The notes under the pieces are model-generated. The model saw nothing but the letters and a program-made list of their open reading frames with translations. It was not told the origin of the DNA and made no database searches. Shown here piece by piece: positions 36,887 to 47,922 of a stretch of DNA of 52,779 nt. Source of the stretch: a virus (lineage: Duplodnaviria > Caudoviricetes); IMG/VR virus record IMGVR_UViG_3300020020_000039, positions 1 through 52,779 of that record. One strand, given 5' to 3'. Every line of letters begins with the position of its first letter. The stretch's first letter is position 1. A program made the translations under genes and the position numbers.

Positions 36887-38464
36887 ATGGCAGAAGAATC
36901 GTTAAAGGTCGTCATTGGTGCGGATGTTAATGGTGCAATAGCTGGCATCAATAAATTTAACACTGCACTCGGTAAAACCCCTGCTACTACGCAGCGGGCT
37001 AACCAGGCGCTCACCAACTTGTCAAGGGTGGCGCAGGATGCTCCTTTTGGATTCATAGGTATCGCTAACAACTTAGACCCATTACTCGCATCATTCCAAT
37101 CTTTAAGTAAAGAATCAGGTAGCACAAAGAACGCTTTAAAAGCATTAGCCAGTAGTTTAGCTGGTCCGGCTGGTATCGCCGTTGGGCTTTCTATCGTTTC
37201 TTCTCTCGTTGTTTCTGCAATACAAAAGTACGGTAGCTTATCAGCGGCACTTAATGCTGCGTTTGGTGATACATCAGCACTTTCAAGAGCAAACACAGAG
37301 CTTGGTAAATCATTCGCAGAGGCGGCAGGTAAAGCAGGTGGTGAGATTGCTACTGTTCGGGCGTTGGTATCAATCGCAAGGGATAAACAATTATCCGACA
37401 ACGCAAGGAACGAGGCAATAAAGAAACTCAATTCTGAGTACGATCAGTATTTACCAAAGCTCACTTTAGAGAATGTTACCACACAAGAAGTATTAAAGGC
37501 GACGGACGCTCTCAATCAATCATTACTTCGTCAGGCAAAAATAAAAGGTGTTCAGGATTTAATTAGCGATGAGTTTAAAAAACAGGCGTTACTCGCTTTA
37601 GAACTTCAGGAAACAGTTAAGGGCGCTAGTTCTGCTATCGGAGTATTATTTAACTCAGTAAGAGGTGCGGGTAATGTCGGAGTAGGTTTACTTAGTGGGT
37701 TAAAGGGAATTAACGAAGAGCTTTCTGATTCTAAAGTAAAAGCATCAGCATTCGAGCAGGTATTAAACTCTTTATTAAAAGATGAAGCCGTCGGAGGTAC
37801 TTTATTTGATGATACTAAGAAAACAAAGAAAACAAAAGTTGGAAAACTTGTAGACGATCTTAAAGACTTGCAATCTTCACTACCTAAGACAACTCAGCAA
37901 TTACAAAATAGTATAATAGCACCTTTTTTATTCGGTGAAGATTTCGGGCCGGATATTGACACGGATCGAATCATTCTACCAATAAGAAATCTCGGTGATG
38001 CTATAGAGGAAGAAACAAAAAGAGTAGCGGGCGCAAAGCTGATGGAGAATTTAAGACTTCAGGCAGAGCAAACAGCTACTACGGTTTCAGATTTACTTAC
38101 TCCCGCATTTGAGGGATTCTTTAATACACTTCTAACCGGTTCGGGTAATCCATTTAAAGCATTTGGCGAAGCTATCAAAAGAATGATAGCACAATTGGCG
38201 GCGGCAGTTGCTAAGGCTGCAATATTCGCCGCTATCATGAATGTGATTGCTCCTGGTTCCGGTTCGTTTGGCTCATTGTTTAAGGCAGGGCTTGGAGGTT
38301 TAGGGAATTTGATTGGTGGAGTTGCTAACGGAGGCATTAACACCGGCACAATAACAGGATCAGCAAGCAGAGGATTCAATGTAGAGGTAACGGGAAGGAT
38401 GAGCGGAACGGAATTATTATTTGTGACTAACAAAGTAAACGGGCAGATAGCCAGAGGATTCTAA
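36887..38464 (+). CDS. Tape measure protein
   Basis: Ala/Gly-rich helical 525 aa; QDAPFGFIGIANN. Confidence 0.88.
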   Translation: MAEESLKVVIGADVNGAIAGINKFNTALGKTPATTQRANQALTNLSRVAQDAPFGFIGIANNLDPLLASFQSLSKESGSTKNALKALASSLAGPAGIAVGLSIVSSLVVSAIQKYGSLSAALNAAFGDTSALSRANTELGKSFAEAAGKAGGEIATVRALVSIARDKQLSDNARNEAIKKLNSEYDQYLPKLTLENVTTQEVLKATDALNQSLLRQAKIKGVQDLISDEFKKQALLALELQETVKGASSAIGVLFNSVRGAGNVGVGLLSGLKGINEELSDSKVKASAFEQVLNSLLKDEAVGGTLFDDTKKTKKTKVGKLVDDLKDLQSSLPKTTQQLQNSIIAPFLFGEDFGPDIDTDRIILPIRNLGDAIEEETKRVAGAKLMENLRLQAEQTATTVSDLLTPAFEGFFNTLLTGSGNPFKAFGEAIKRMIAQLAAAVAKAAIFAAIMNVIAPGSGSFGSLFKAGLGGLGNLIGGVANGGINTGTITGSASRGFNVEVTGRMSGTELLFVTNKVNGQIARGF

Positions 38465-40485
38465 TGCCATACTATCAAACATATAATTGTAAGGCGTTTA
38501 ATAGGCTCGGTCAGCTTATTGATATAGAATTTTGGTCTACTACGTTCTCCGATACTATTTATCAATTACCTCTTGTTTCTTTTCATCATGAGTATATAAA
38601 CGGCGAGAATGATAAGTTTGATCCATGTATTATAGGCTCAAGAGCGATAATAAAAGTAAGAGCTTGGCCTACATCTCCGTCCCATGTTCACAATGAAATG
38701 TTCTATGCTAACGCATACGACGAGTGGAAAGTAATATGCAAGATTGACACGGTAGTTGTTTTCACCGGCTTTGTATCTATGGATGTAGAGCCTTATATCC
38801 TTAAAGATAAACCTTATGATGTTGTTGTTAGTTGTACTGATGGATTAGGGTTACTAAAGAATGAGGAACTAACCGATATCAACGGGGATCAATTTGAAGG
38901 GCGAAATACCTTTTTAGAATATATCCTCGGAGCGCTAAAGAAAACAAATCTCGATCTGAATCTGAGAGTTTGTGTAAATATTTACAATGTTGCCAATGAT
39001 GACAGGTTAGATAGCGGTAGTCCTGATATGTTTACTCAGAATTGTCTTCATCATAAGACTTTCGAGAAAGATGTGAATGTATTTTATGACTGTTATGAGT
39101 CATTAGAAAGAATTCTCGGAGGTTGGTGTATTCTTTATCAATATATGGGGTTGTGGGTTATTGGTTCCCGCTCCGATCTTCAGTATTTAAGTACTAACTA
39201 TCATTCTGAGTACGATTCAGACGGAGCTGATCAGGGGACTGTATTTGACGTAAACGGTATGCAGGTAATTGGTAAGAACCAGAATATTCACGCTACCAAT
39301 CTTGATCAGAATGTTAGTTATGCAGGCGCTTTAAAAGGAGTAACCACAAGATTTAAATATCGTATTCCTCCAAACTTAGTAAACAATCAAAGACTCCAAA
39401 ACTTAGGTGATTTGATAGCGCCCCTTTCGGGAGTAGGTTACTCAGCTTATGAGCTAGTAGGATGGACTCATTATCAGGGACAACCTCAACCTTTAGCCGA
39501 TCAGGTTCCGGCAGCTTCCAACGCATACATAAAAGTAGAAGTTGATACATACGGAACTCAAACTGACAGATATTATGTTATCGAACACGATGCAACTGCT
39601 CCGAGTACAACGCTAGAGAACTATATCCGCAATGATAACGATGATTGTTTTTTAGATGAAGGAGATGAGTTAACAATCGGACTTACTTACCGGTCTACTC
39701 TGGATCATAACGCTACTGTAGGATGTGTAGCATTATTACGTGATGGCTTCAGCGGCAACAGTGCAGGAGATTGGAGAAGTCTTGATGAAGACGGAGTTTG
39801 GCACAGCGGGCCTTATGCAACATTCGCAAGACACGACGCAGGCGAAGACGCTACTGAATGGAAAACAACAACAGTAGACAGGGCAAGAATTCCAGAGAAT
39901 GGTGTTTTATACCTATTCCTCGGCGCTGGAGATATTAGCGATCCACAAGAGACTCATTTCAAAGATATACTTGTTGATGTTACTCTTTACGTGAGAGGTT
40001 CAAGGCTCGATGTTGATGGTGATTACTGGAAAACAGAACAAGACGCTAACATAAAAGATAAAATAGACGAAGAGATTTTTATAAGTGATGCCCCTAAAAG
40101 AATAATTACAGGCGCAATATGGAACGAAGCTGGAACGGCTTTAACTGATCCCGACTGGTATCAACAGTTCGTAACAGAGAACAGGCATTTTAAAGAGATA
40201 GTAAACTTGGTAAGGTTCCGGCATCAGAGAACAAGGAGAAAAAGAATAGAGGGGCAATTTAAAGGCGTTATGTGTATGCCTGCGGGTAATCCTACAATTC
40301 AATTGCCATTAGGATTTCACAGGCAATTTCAAATGGAGAACCAGGATTTAAATTTTGTTTTAGTGCCTCCATTACAGATTGATTATGTGCAAGGGTTTTG
40401 GAGAGGGACATTAATGTCAGGATATGAGACAGGAGACACCGTAGAGGACGGAGATACGCACGTTTTCAATTACGAATTTAAGTGA
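38464..40485 (+). CDS. Tail tip/hub protein
   Basis: Large acidic protein directly after TMP. Confidence 0.7.
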   Translation: MPYYQTYNCKAFNRLGQLIDIEFWSTTFSDTIYQLPLVSFHHEYINGENDKFDPCIIGSRAIIKVRAWPTSPSHVHNEMFYANAYDEWKVICKIDTVVVFTGFVSMDVEPYILKDKPYDVVVSCTDGLGLLKNEELTDINGDQFEGRNTFLEYILGALKKTNLDLNLRVCVNIYNVANDDRLDSGSPDMFTQNCLHHKTFEKDVNVFYDCYESLERILGGWCILYQYMGLWVIGSRSDLQYLSTNYHSEYDSDGADQGTVFDVNGMQVIGKNQNIHATNLDQNVSYAGALKGVTTRFKYRIPPNLVNNQRLQNLGDLIAPLSGVGYSAYELVGWTHYQGQPQPLADQVPAASNAYIKVEVDTYGTQTDRYYVIEHDATAPSTTLENYIRNDNDDCFLDEGDELTIGLTYRSTLDHNATVGCVALLRDGFSGNSAGDWRSLDEDGVWHSGPYATFARHDAGEDATEWKTTTVDRARIPENGVLYLFLGAGDISDPQETHFKDILVDVTLYVRGSRLDVDGDYWKTEQDANIKDKIDEEIFISDAPKRIITGAIWNEAGTALTDPDWYQQFVTENRHFKEIVNLVRFRHQRTRRKRIEGQFKGVMCMPAGNPTIQLPLGFHRQFQMENQDLNFVLVPPLQIDYVQGFWRGTLMSGYETGDTVEDGDTHVFNYEFK

Positions 40486-40486
40486 T

Positions 40487-40924
40487 ATGGCTAGTGTTGT
40501 AAAAGGCAAGGATTGTTATTTCAAGATAAATATTACAGGTGGGCTAAAGCTAGTCCTATGTAGTAAGTCTTTTACACTGTCTACAGTAACCGAGGAAGTG
40601 GAAGTAACAACAATATCAGACGGAAGCGACCCGGAGGAAGGATTCTGGAGAGACTTTGATTATCATTCTTTGGGTTATACGATAACACTGGAAGGGATTT
40701 TAAAGAATACGGATAGTACAGATGATACAGCATGGGAATTAAATACTGCGCAAAGAATGTTTTACGAGGTTCCGTTTACAATGTATTTCGTTGATGCGGA
40801 GAGTAACGCTAAAACAATTGAGGGGACAGCTATAGTAAAGAGTTCAACATTCGGCGCAACATCGAACGCTTTTGTAAGTACGAGTATTGAATTTATTGGT
40901 AAAGGAAAATATACGATAACATGA
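40487..40924 (+). CDS. Tail-tube-like protein (second copy of fold)
   Basis: VKGKD...SFTLS...EVTT...ITLEG...FIGKG. Confidence 0.6.
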   Translation: MASVVKGKDCYFKINITGGLKLVLCSKSFTLSTVTEEVEVTTISDGSDPEEGFWRDFDYHSLGYTITLEGILKNTDSTDDTAWELNTAQRMFYEVPFTMYFVDAESNAKTIEGTAIVKSSTFGATSNAFVSTSIEFIGKGKYTIT

Positions 40925-43548
40925 GGAAGATTGCATTTGTGGGGCTATTGGTTATAATGGGTATGGGTGTAAAAGCGCAACTTGGTGCTCAATCTCTGGA
41001 CAGTGTTAGAAACTATAACACGAGGTACACGACAAACAGCGCAATTACGTGGTTCTCTAACCTGAGAGGGCAGACGTTACTAAGGGGGATTATTGATCAC
41101 ATTGATTCCACTACACAGAATACCGTGGTTAATTTCTACAAAGACGGTGATTCGATAAGATTAGTATTTGCTTCAGGTGATACGTTGAGTGTGCTTGGCG
41201 GCAGCGGTGGTGGGTCTTCGCTTACCAACGCATCTACAACGGGAGATACATTAATCGTCGGCTCCTCAATAAAAAGATTAGGAGTTGGTACGAGTGGAAC
41301 AGATTTAGCGCTTGCAACAACGTCATCAAAGATTACTATTAATATTCCGAACGCTTCTTTAGCGGCAACAAGAGGATTAGTCGTAAACACAGACTGGCAG
41401 AGCATTCCGGGATCTGTGAACTTAATGAGGTACGGAGCCGACAATACAGGCTCAACTTCTATTCATACTCAGATCAACGCAGCGATAGCAGCGGGGTATA
41501 AAACTATTTATTTACCAGAGGGGCAATTCTTAATTACTACTCAGATTAATTGGGCAGATAGTGTTTCGCTGGTAGGAGCGGGAAGGGGTAAGACTTATAT
41601 AAAAATGACCTCGAATATCACCGCAATTAAATTATCGTATGCGCTCGGAGGCAATAAGGCACAATTCAGAGATTTTACTATCCGTGGAACGAACGGAAGC
41701 GGTGGTTCTACTTCTCAAAAAGGAATCGTTATAGATAGTGCTTATGGTTGTATTATAGATAATGTCGGCGGTTATTTTATGGCCGGTGCAGTGTTTTCCA
41801 TAGCAGGTAACGGATCAATCGCCAGCGGTAATAAATACACTTTTGGAAATCTTATTACTAACTGTTATACAGAAACGTGCTACATAGGTCTATTCCTTGA
41901 CGTTCGGGCAGAATATAACAGGGTTACAAATAACACCTTCGTTGATGGCACTTACGGAATACAACGTAAAGGAGGCAATAACCAGATTATAGGGAACAAC
42001 TTATCATCTAACTCTATTGGGTATTTAAGCGAAGGCGGTTCCAATAATGCGCATGGTATTAATGCGAACAATACAATGAATCACTGCGGAACATGGGGCT
42101 ATCACGCTACAGGAATTACACTAGGCGAGGACATGGAAGGGAATCAGATATGGTCAAGCCAGGTCAGAATTGAAAACAGTGTTAATATTAATATGCGTGG
42201 TGGCACTATTGAATCAGATAGTATAATAATAACCGGTTCTAGTTTCAATATGGCTTACACCCGACTATCGGGAGGCGTCGCATCAGAAACAGGCTGGAGA
42301 TATTCAACGTCTACCGGGAACATAGCATGGTTTAGCGCCGATGGAATGAGATATAAAAATCTTGCATCAACCTCGAATAAAGGCGGAACAGTTAACGCAT
42401 ATTTAAACGGAGTTGTTGCTTATGGTGGCGATTTGGTAAGCGGAACAATGGCAGGGGTGGCAGAGCACAGATTTTATCAGCCAATAACAGGAGCAAACGG
42501 AACTTTTGATGCTTCGAGAGATTTAAACATAAAGTCTATGCGTCAAGATGGGGATGCTACCGGCCCGGTTGATGCTGCACAATTTTACAGAACAGGAACA
42601 ACGGGAAGTACATTAGCAATACTTGATAATGCAGCAAATTATTCATTCAGAGTTTTACCAGTTGGAAGGATTGGAGTGGGTGGTGTTTCTGTTCCTACTG
42701 CTCAAATGCACTTTGCAGCAAGTACTACGTCGGCAAGTACAGCCCCAATAAAATTTTCTACTGGTACTTTAATGACAACTGCGGAAGCGGGAGCGTTTGA
42801 ATACGATGGATCTCATTTTTATTTATCTCCTTCGACTACACGTAAAAAGATTCCATTATTTACCAGTGCAACAGCAGCAACGGGTTCTATATTATACGGT
42901 AACGGAACTGATTTTAGTTTACTTGCTGCGGGGTCAGATGGGCATGTTTTAACTCTTGCAAGTGGTGTTCCTTCATGGGCTGCACCTACGGGAGGTAATG
43001 CTATTGCAACCAACGGAAACAGTACGTTAACAGCTAACAGTACTTTATCCAATTCAACTTTCAACTTCACTATAAGCAATAGCTCTACAGGACGATTCAA
43101 ACTTAACGGAATAAAATCCGACGATCCTGTTCGTGGTCTTGGTATGGCTGCCGATAGTTCGGTTGTTGGTTACACAATTCAGACAAGAGAAGAAGTAGAA
43201 ATAAATACTTCAGGAAATACACCTACTACGGTCTTCACATTAACTCCCGATGTCGGAGTTGAGGAAATCATTACAATAGTAATCACTTTCAACGCTAAGA
43301 AACAAAGCGCCACCGGAGGTTATGTAGCTATTAAAAAAATGTCCTTCCAGTGGGATGGTATTACAACATTAACAAATGGAACTCTTGCTGATATGGTAGC
43401 AGAGCAGTTCTTCTCAGGACTCAGCACCTGCGATATTACAATAACAAATTCAGGGGATGATATAATTGTTCAATTCACCGGGGAAAGCGCAACGGATATA
43501 CACGGAACGTTATACGTTGACATTACCCGCACAAGCATAGGACTATGA
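40921..43548 (+). CDS. Tailspike-like beta-helix protein with signal peptide
   Basis: NLMRYGADNTG...INAAI...IYLPEG pectate-lyase-3-type cap; N-terminus MRKIAFVGLLVIMGMGVKA-Q. Confidence 0.8.
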   Translation: MRKIAFVGLLVIMGMGVKAQLGAQSLDSVRNYNTRYTTNSAITWFSNLRGQTLLRGIIDHIDSTTQNTVVNFYKDGDSIRLVFASGDTLSVLGGSGGGSSLTNASTTGDTLIVGSSIKRLGVGTSGTDLALATTSSKITINIPNASLAATRGLVVNTDWQSIPGSVNLMRYGADNTGSTSIHTQINAAIAAGYKTIYLPEGQFLITTQINWADSVSLVGAGRGKTYIKMTSNITAIKLSYALGGNKAQFRDFTIRGTNGSGGSTSQKGIVIDSAYGCIIDNVGGYFMAGAVFSIAGNGSIASGNKYTFGNLITNCYTETCYIGLFLDVRAEYNRVTNNTFVDGTYGIQRKGGNNQIIGNNLSSNSIGYLSEGGSNNAHGINANNTMNHCGTWGYHATGITLGEDMEGNQIWSSQVRIENSVNINMRGGTIESDSIIITGSSFNMAYTRLSGGVASETGWRYSTSTGNIAWFSADGMRYKNLASTSNKGGTVNAYLNGVVAYGGDLVSGTMAGVAEHRFYQPITGANGTFDASRDLNIKSMRQDGDATGPVDAAQFYRTGTTGSTLAILDNAANYSFRVLPVGRIGVGGVSVPTAQMHFAASTTSASTAPIKFSTGTLMTTAEAGAFEYDGSHFYLSPSTTRKKIPLFTSATAATGSILYGNGTDFSLLAAGSDGHVLTLASGVPSWAAPTGGNAIATNGNSTLTANSTLSNSTFNFTISNSSTGRFKLNGIKSDDPVRGLGMAADSSVVGYTIQTREEVEINTSGNTPTTVFTLTPDVGVEEIITIVITFNAKKQSATGGYVAIKKMSFQWDGITTLTNGTLADMVAEQFFSGLSTCDITITNSGDDIIVQFTGESATDIHGTLYVDITRTSIGL

Positions 43549-44624
43549 GATATTTAACGTTAATATTTTTACTGATTTCTTTTTGTGCGGGAGCGCAAAC
43601 GACTACACATATTTATGATACTGTTGGTGGTTCTGTAACACGTTCAAAACTTGTTATAAAATCATTGTCTGAAATGCCGGATTCGGTATGGACAAAGTTC
43701 GGAAGCGTGTCGGTTAAAGTTCCCAAGTCCTCATTTGCTCCGCAAACTTGGGGGAGTATTACAGGTAAACCTTCATTTGCTACTGTAGCTACTTCAGGTT
43801 CATACGCTGACTTATCTAATAAACCAACGATTACAACTAATACAAACCAGTTAACAAATGGGTCTGGATTTTTAGTTGCTGCGGATATTGCGGGCAAGCA
43901 AAACACTCTGGTAAGTGCCACTAACATTAAAACAGTTAACGGTAGCTCATTATTAGGTAGTGGAGATATATCAATAAGCGGAACAGCGGCATGGGGAAGC
44001 GTGACAGGAACTTTAAGCAATCAATCGGACTTACAAACCGTATTAAACGGTAAGATAGGCGACAATACAGATATGCTTGCTTATACGGCTCTCGGTTCTC
44101 CTTTCCTCGCTCAAACAGTAGGCGCACCAGTACAAACAGCTAATACCTCAACCGCATTGGTTGACGGCCAAATAAAATTTACAGCAGTTTATTTACCGAA
44201 AGCAACAACGATTACAGGAATACGTGTGTACGTGCGTGTATTAGGGGCTTATACAGGCGATAATAATAATAGAGTTGGATTGTATTCATATAGTGCTGGA
44301 GTGTTGACGCTGGTAGCAAGCAGTGCAAATAATGCAACGCAATGGACGGGAGCGGCCAACGCATTTCAAACAATAGCATTTAGTTCTCCTTATGCGGCAG
44401 CAGCGGGAATTTATTATGTGGGCGTCCTTTATAATCAATCGGCGCAAACAACCGCCCCTGCTTTAGCTTCTGGAGTAGCTCTTAACAACGTCGCAATGGC
44501 AACACTAGGGTTTTCTAATTCAGCGAAATTATACGGAACAGCAAACGGTGCAGATTTAACTACACCAATAAATATGAGTGCTATCACTGCGTCGGTAATT
44601 CCAACGTGGATAGCTCTTTATTAA
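43545..44624 (+). CDS. Tail fibre-like protein with signal peptide
   Basis: WGSITGKP, ATSGSYADLSNKP, KQNTLVSATNIKTVNG fibre motifs; MRYLTLIFLLISFCAGA-Q. Confidence 0.75.
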   Translation: MRYLTLIFLLISFCAGAQTTTHIYDTVGGSVTRSKLVIKSLSEMPDSVWTKFGSVSVKVPKSSFAPQTWGSITGKPSFATVATSGSYADLSNKPTITTNTNQLTNGSGFLVAADIAGKQNTLVSATNIKTVNGSSLLGSGDISISGTAAWGSVTGTLSNQSDLQTVLNGKIGDNTDMLAYTALGSPFLAQTVGAPVQTANTSTALVDGQIKFTAVYLPKATTITGIRVYVRVLGAYTGDNNNRVGLYSYSAGVLTLVASSANNATQWTGAANAFQTIAFSSPYAAAAGIYYVGVLYNQSAQTTAPALASGVALNNVAMATLGFSNSAKLYGTANGADLTTPINMSAITASVIPTWIALY

Positions 44625-44633
44625 TAATAAAAA

Positions 44634-47600
44634 ATGAGGTTAGCAGCATTATTGGTTTTGGCTCTGATTGGTTCATTTGGTTATGGGCAGAATCCGAATT
44701 TCGTTCCTGGAGTTCAGAAACTGTACACTATTGCCGGAAGATCCTGTTTAGTATGGACTCCTGACACAACTCTCCCTAAAAAATTCGTGCTCGGCTTACA
44801 CGCTACCGGCAACAGTTGTAATGATAGTGCAGCGGCAGTGAATCAGGGATGGGCTAAAAGAGTACGGGTTACCACAACCGGTTTGCATCGTGACAGTATG
44901 ATGCACATTACTTTTATTAGGACAGTTGGAGAAAATGCAGGGGTAAGCGACCTTCTTAATATTGACAGGGTTTTAGATACTGTTTATAAATACTGCGATT
45001 GGATTGATACGTCAGCTACAACAAATAGAAACTTCTTTAGCGGTCTTTCACAGGGCGCTCAGGAAATGTACAGGTATTTAAGCAACTGGAGCGGAACAGG
45101 CGGAGAGCATAGAACGAGATTTAAAACGCAAGTGGTAATGTCTGGCGGCGCTTTTAATGATCCAGATTTTGTAGGTTTTAGAGTTCGTTATACTCATGTC
45201 AGTTTTAATACGCTTGATGCGGTTGTAGGTTCTTATTATAACGATCATCTGTATGACTTGTTTTATGACACTTACGGTTATGTAAACCCACTTACAAGAA
45301 AAATAGAATTAGCGGGGACTGATCACGGTTCAGCGGCATGGGATAGCACAACAAGTCAGGCGGGAGCAGATGCTAATAGTAACGTAACGATGTGGATATT
45401 ATCTCCGTCTTACAATCTTTCAAATTACCCACCGGTAGCCGATGCAGGAGTAACGCAAACACTAGCTATTGCAGCAACGACAGCAACACTCAATGGATCT
45501 GCAAGCTACGATCCGGATGCCTTAATAACTACCTACGCATGGACGCAAATAAGCGGGGCGGCTAGTACGATCACATCAGCATCTTCTGCAAGTACCGGAA
45601 TAACAGGATTAGCGCCGGGAATTTATAGATACAGATTGGTGGTTACCGATGATGATGGCGCAACAGATGATGATACAGTGAGTGTAGTTGTCGCAAATCC
45701 ACGTTACCGAATAACTGTTCCCGCGGCCAATGTATTCAGAAACGGAGGGCGTGACGGAGTAATACCCTATACGAATTGGTTAGATGGCGATACTACTAAC
45801 AATACATGCCCACTAACATTTGGAACATCCGGAATTGATCTGCCTAACACTGGTATTATAATGCTGGATAGCACTTATACCAACTTCGCCTTTGCTTTAA
45901 AGAATCTTGGCGGCGGCGGAAGTACGGTAATAAATTTTTGGTTGTATAATGACGACCGTGATGATAGTTTGGCGGTATCAGTAAGTACAGCAATTGATTC
46001 ATGGAACTATGTAGATAGCAACAGATCGAAAGGCGTTCACTTCCCGGTAAGGTGGATTGAGTGGACTACTACAACATGCTTTTCTTATATAAGCGAAATG
46101 CGGATATACGGCACTGCGGTAGCGGAAGGTCAACAGATATTCCCAAGCTCCGTATCTATGCCAGTTGGCTCATTCACTGACTTCTTAGGTACTGCCTCGG
46201 GCGGTACTGATCCGGACAGTTTATATACCGCTATCGGGAAATCCAGAATATTCGCAGGGCATTGGTATTTCGATAGCTCAGCAACTTTCAATTCAGCAGC
46301 AAGAAATATAATTTTTAACTTCTTTGGAGGTGATAATACAAACGCAGTTGTAGCAGCTTACCGGGCAAGAGGTGTTAAGTTAAGCTATGCAACTTTCGGA
46401 GCTATAAGAGCCTTTCAAGATCCCGTACCCAGTAGCCCATTATCATACGGATCATTTAATGACAATAAAAAGAATATGGCTATCGGAGCAGATAGTACAG
46501 ACCCGGCAGCGTGGATAGCTTCAGCCCAAAACGGTTATTTTATTTCAGGATGGGGGGGGCGTAACACTTCAGTAAGTTGGGGTCCACATACCGTAAAAAC
46601 AGGAGGTGGCGTGAACGTTACAAAAGGCAACGATTGGTTATACGGAATAGAAGAAGGAAACGAATCCAATGCAAGCTGGTCTACTGAGCGGTATCAAAAC
46701 AGCCGGGTACGGATGGCCAAGCAATCGGCTTTCTACGATGGACACATGGGCGCTCTTGGAAGTTACGCAGGTGTAAAAACAGCCGATAGCACGATGCTTG
46801 CGGGAGTTGGCGCACTGGTTGGATTTGACAGTGTAACCATGAAAACAGATGCCCTGTTTGATTACCGTATTCGGGGATTGGATAATCAAGCGTGGGATTA
46901 CTATTCTATAAATCAATACTTCACTTATACAGGTGAGCAATCATTCAGTGTGCCATCTCCAAACGGGATCTCACCGGGTCAATTTCGGTGGTTCACAAGG
47001 GCTAGTTCAATAGTTAGCATACGCAACAGATACATGCCCGGTAAGAGAATTCACATAACGGAGTTTGGATGGGATAAAAACGGGTCAACTTCTTACAGCG
47101 CACTTGCTCACGGTTCGCTAGATAGCGAATACGTACACGCAAACTACATACACCTTGCTTTTCATATTGGTAGAGCGGTTGGTATTGATGAAATGGATCA
47201 GTATAAAAGTATTGATGATGGAGTACTGGCAAACCAGGGAGATTTTGTTACATCAGGAAATTCTAGTGGTTACCCTGATTACACAAGATGGGCGGCTAAC
47301 TTTTGGATGAGTACAATGAAAAGTGTTTTTGCAGGCTACGATTCTCAATTGCCAACAATACTTCAGAACGGAGATAGTACTGATCTGTACATTTTCAAAT
47401 ATCAAACAAGCGGAAATGATACTATAGTTTTTGTATTACAATCCGGAACGCATGATGATAGTGAGTTTGATTATGATTTAAGCGTTGGTGAAACTTCTTT
47501 TTGTGAAGTTATAAACATGGCTAAAGGAGATTTAGACGGAGTGCGAACAACGGGGACACCAACGGCGGGAGTGCTTCATCTTGATGACGTAGGCGAAACT

Positions 47601-47681
47601 CCTGTTTATGTCAGAATAGTTTTACAAAGTTCATCAGCAACAAGACGAACAATATACACTAATACAATAATAAGACAGTAA
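44634..47681 (+). CDS. Multidomain exported protein: alpha/beta hydrolase, PKD and clan-A glycoside hydrolase-like
   Basis: Signal peptide ...GYG-Q; SGLSQG; PPVADAG...SYDPD...YAWTQ...VTDDDGAT; EEGNE and HITEFGWD. Confidence 0.7.
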   Translation: MRLAALLVLALIGSFGYGQNPNFVPGVQKLYTIAGRSCLVWTPDTTLPKKFVLGLHATGNSCNDSAAAVNQGWAKRVRVTTTGLHRDSMMHITFIRTVGENAGVSDLLNIDRVLDTVYKYCDWIDTSATTNRNFFSGLSQGAQEMYRYLSNWSGTGGEHRTRFKTQVVMSGGAFNDPDFVGFRVRYTHVSFNTLDAVVGSYYNDHLYDLFYDTYGYVNPLTRKIELAGTDHGSAAWDSTTSQAGADANSNVTMWILSPSYNLSNYPPVADAGVTQTLAIAATTATLNGSASYDPDALITTYAWTQISGAASTITSASSASTGITGLAPGIYRYRLVVTDDDGATDDDTVSVVVANPRYRITVPAANVFRNGGRDGVIPYTNWLDGDTTNNTCPLTFGTSGIDLPNTGIIMLDSTYTNFAFALKNLGGGGSTVINFWLYNDDRDDSLAVSVSTAIDSWNYVDSNRSKGVHFPVRWIEWTTTTCFSYISEMRIYGTAVAEGQQIFPSSVSMPVGSFTDFLGTASGGTDPDSLYTAIGKSRIFAGHWYFDSSATFNSAARNIIFNFFGGDNTNAVVAAYRARGVKLSYATFGAIRAFQDPVPSSPLSYGSFNDNKKNMAIGADSTDPAAWIASAQNGYFISGWGGRNTSVSWGPHTVKTGGGVNVTKGNDWLYGIEEGNESNASWSTERYQNSRVRMAKQSAFYDGHMGALGSYAGVKTADSTMLAGVGALVGFDSVTMKTDALFDYRIRGLDNQAWDYYSINQYFTYTGEQSFSVPSPNGISPGQFRWFTRASSIVSIRNRYMPGKRIHITEFGWDKNGSTSYSALAHGSLDSEYVHANYIHLAFHIGRAVGIDEMDQYKSIDDGVLANQGDFVTSGNSSGYPDYTRWAANFWMSTMKSVFAGYDSQLPTILQNGDSTDLYIFKYQTSGNDTIVFVLQSGTHDDSEFDYDLSVGETSFCEVINMAKGDLDGVRTTGTPTAGVLHLDDVGETPVYVRIVLQSSSATRRTIYTNTIIRQ

Positions 47682-47911
47682 TGAATCCATCAGACATATT
47701 AGAGATAGTTGTTTTTGCCGGTGCGCTCATAGGGGTATGGGTAAGACTACAAACTAAACTCAAAGAGTTAGACATGAGAATGGCTGCAATGGAGCAGAAG
47801 GATAAGCACGACGATAACCAGAACGAGAAGGTAATGAAGAAACTGGATCATATTAGCGAGCAGATATTCGAGGTAAAAATTCAATTAAATAATAAACAAG
47901 ACCGGGATTAA
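47681..47911 (+). CDS. Holin-associated membrane/coiled-coil protein
   Basis: One N-terminal TM plus coiled coil. Confidence 0.6.
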   Translation: MNPSDILEIVVFAGALIGVWVRLQTKLKELDMRMAAMEQKDKHDDNQNEKVMKKLDHISEQIFEVKIQLNNKQDRD

Positions 47912-47922
47912 AAACATTTTTT

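Noticed and set aside
36862-38433. Long antisense ORFs within the tape measure gene, and similar ones opposite other genes
   Set aside because: Shadow ORFs of well-supported plus-strand genes
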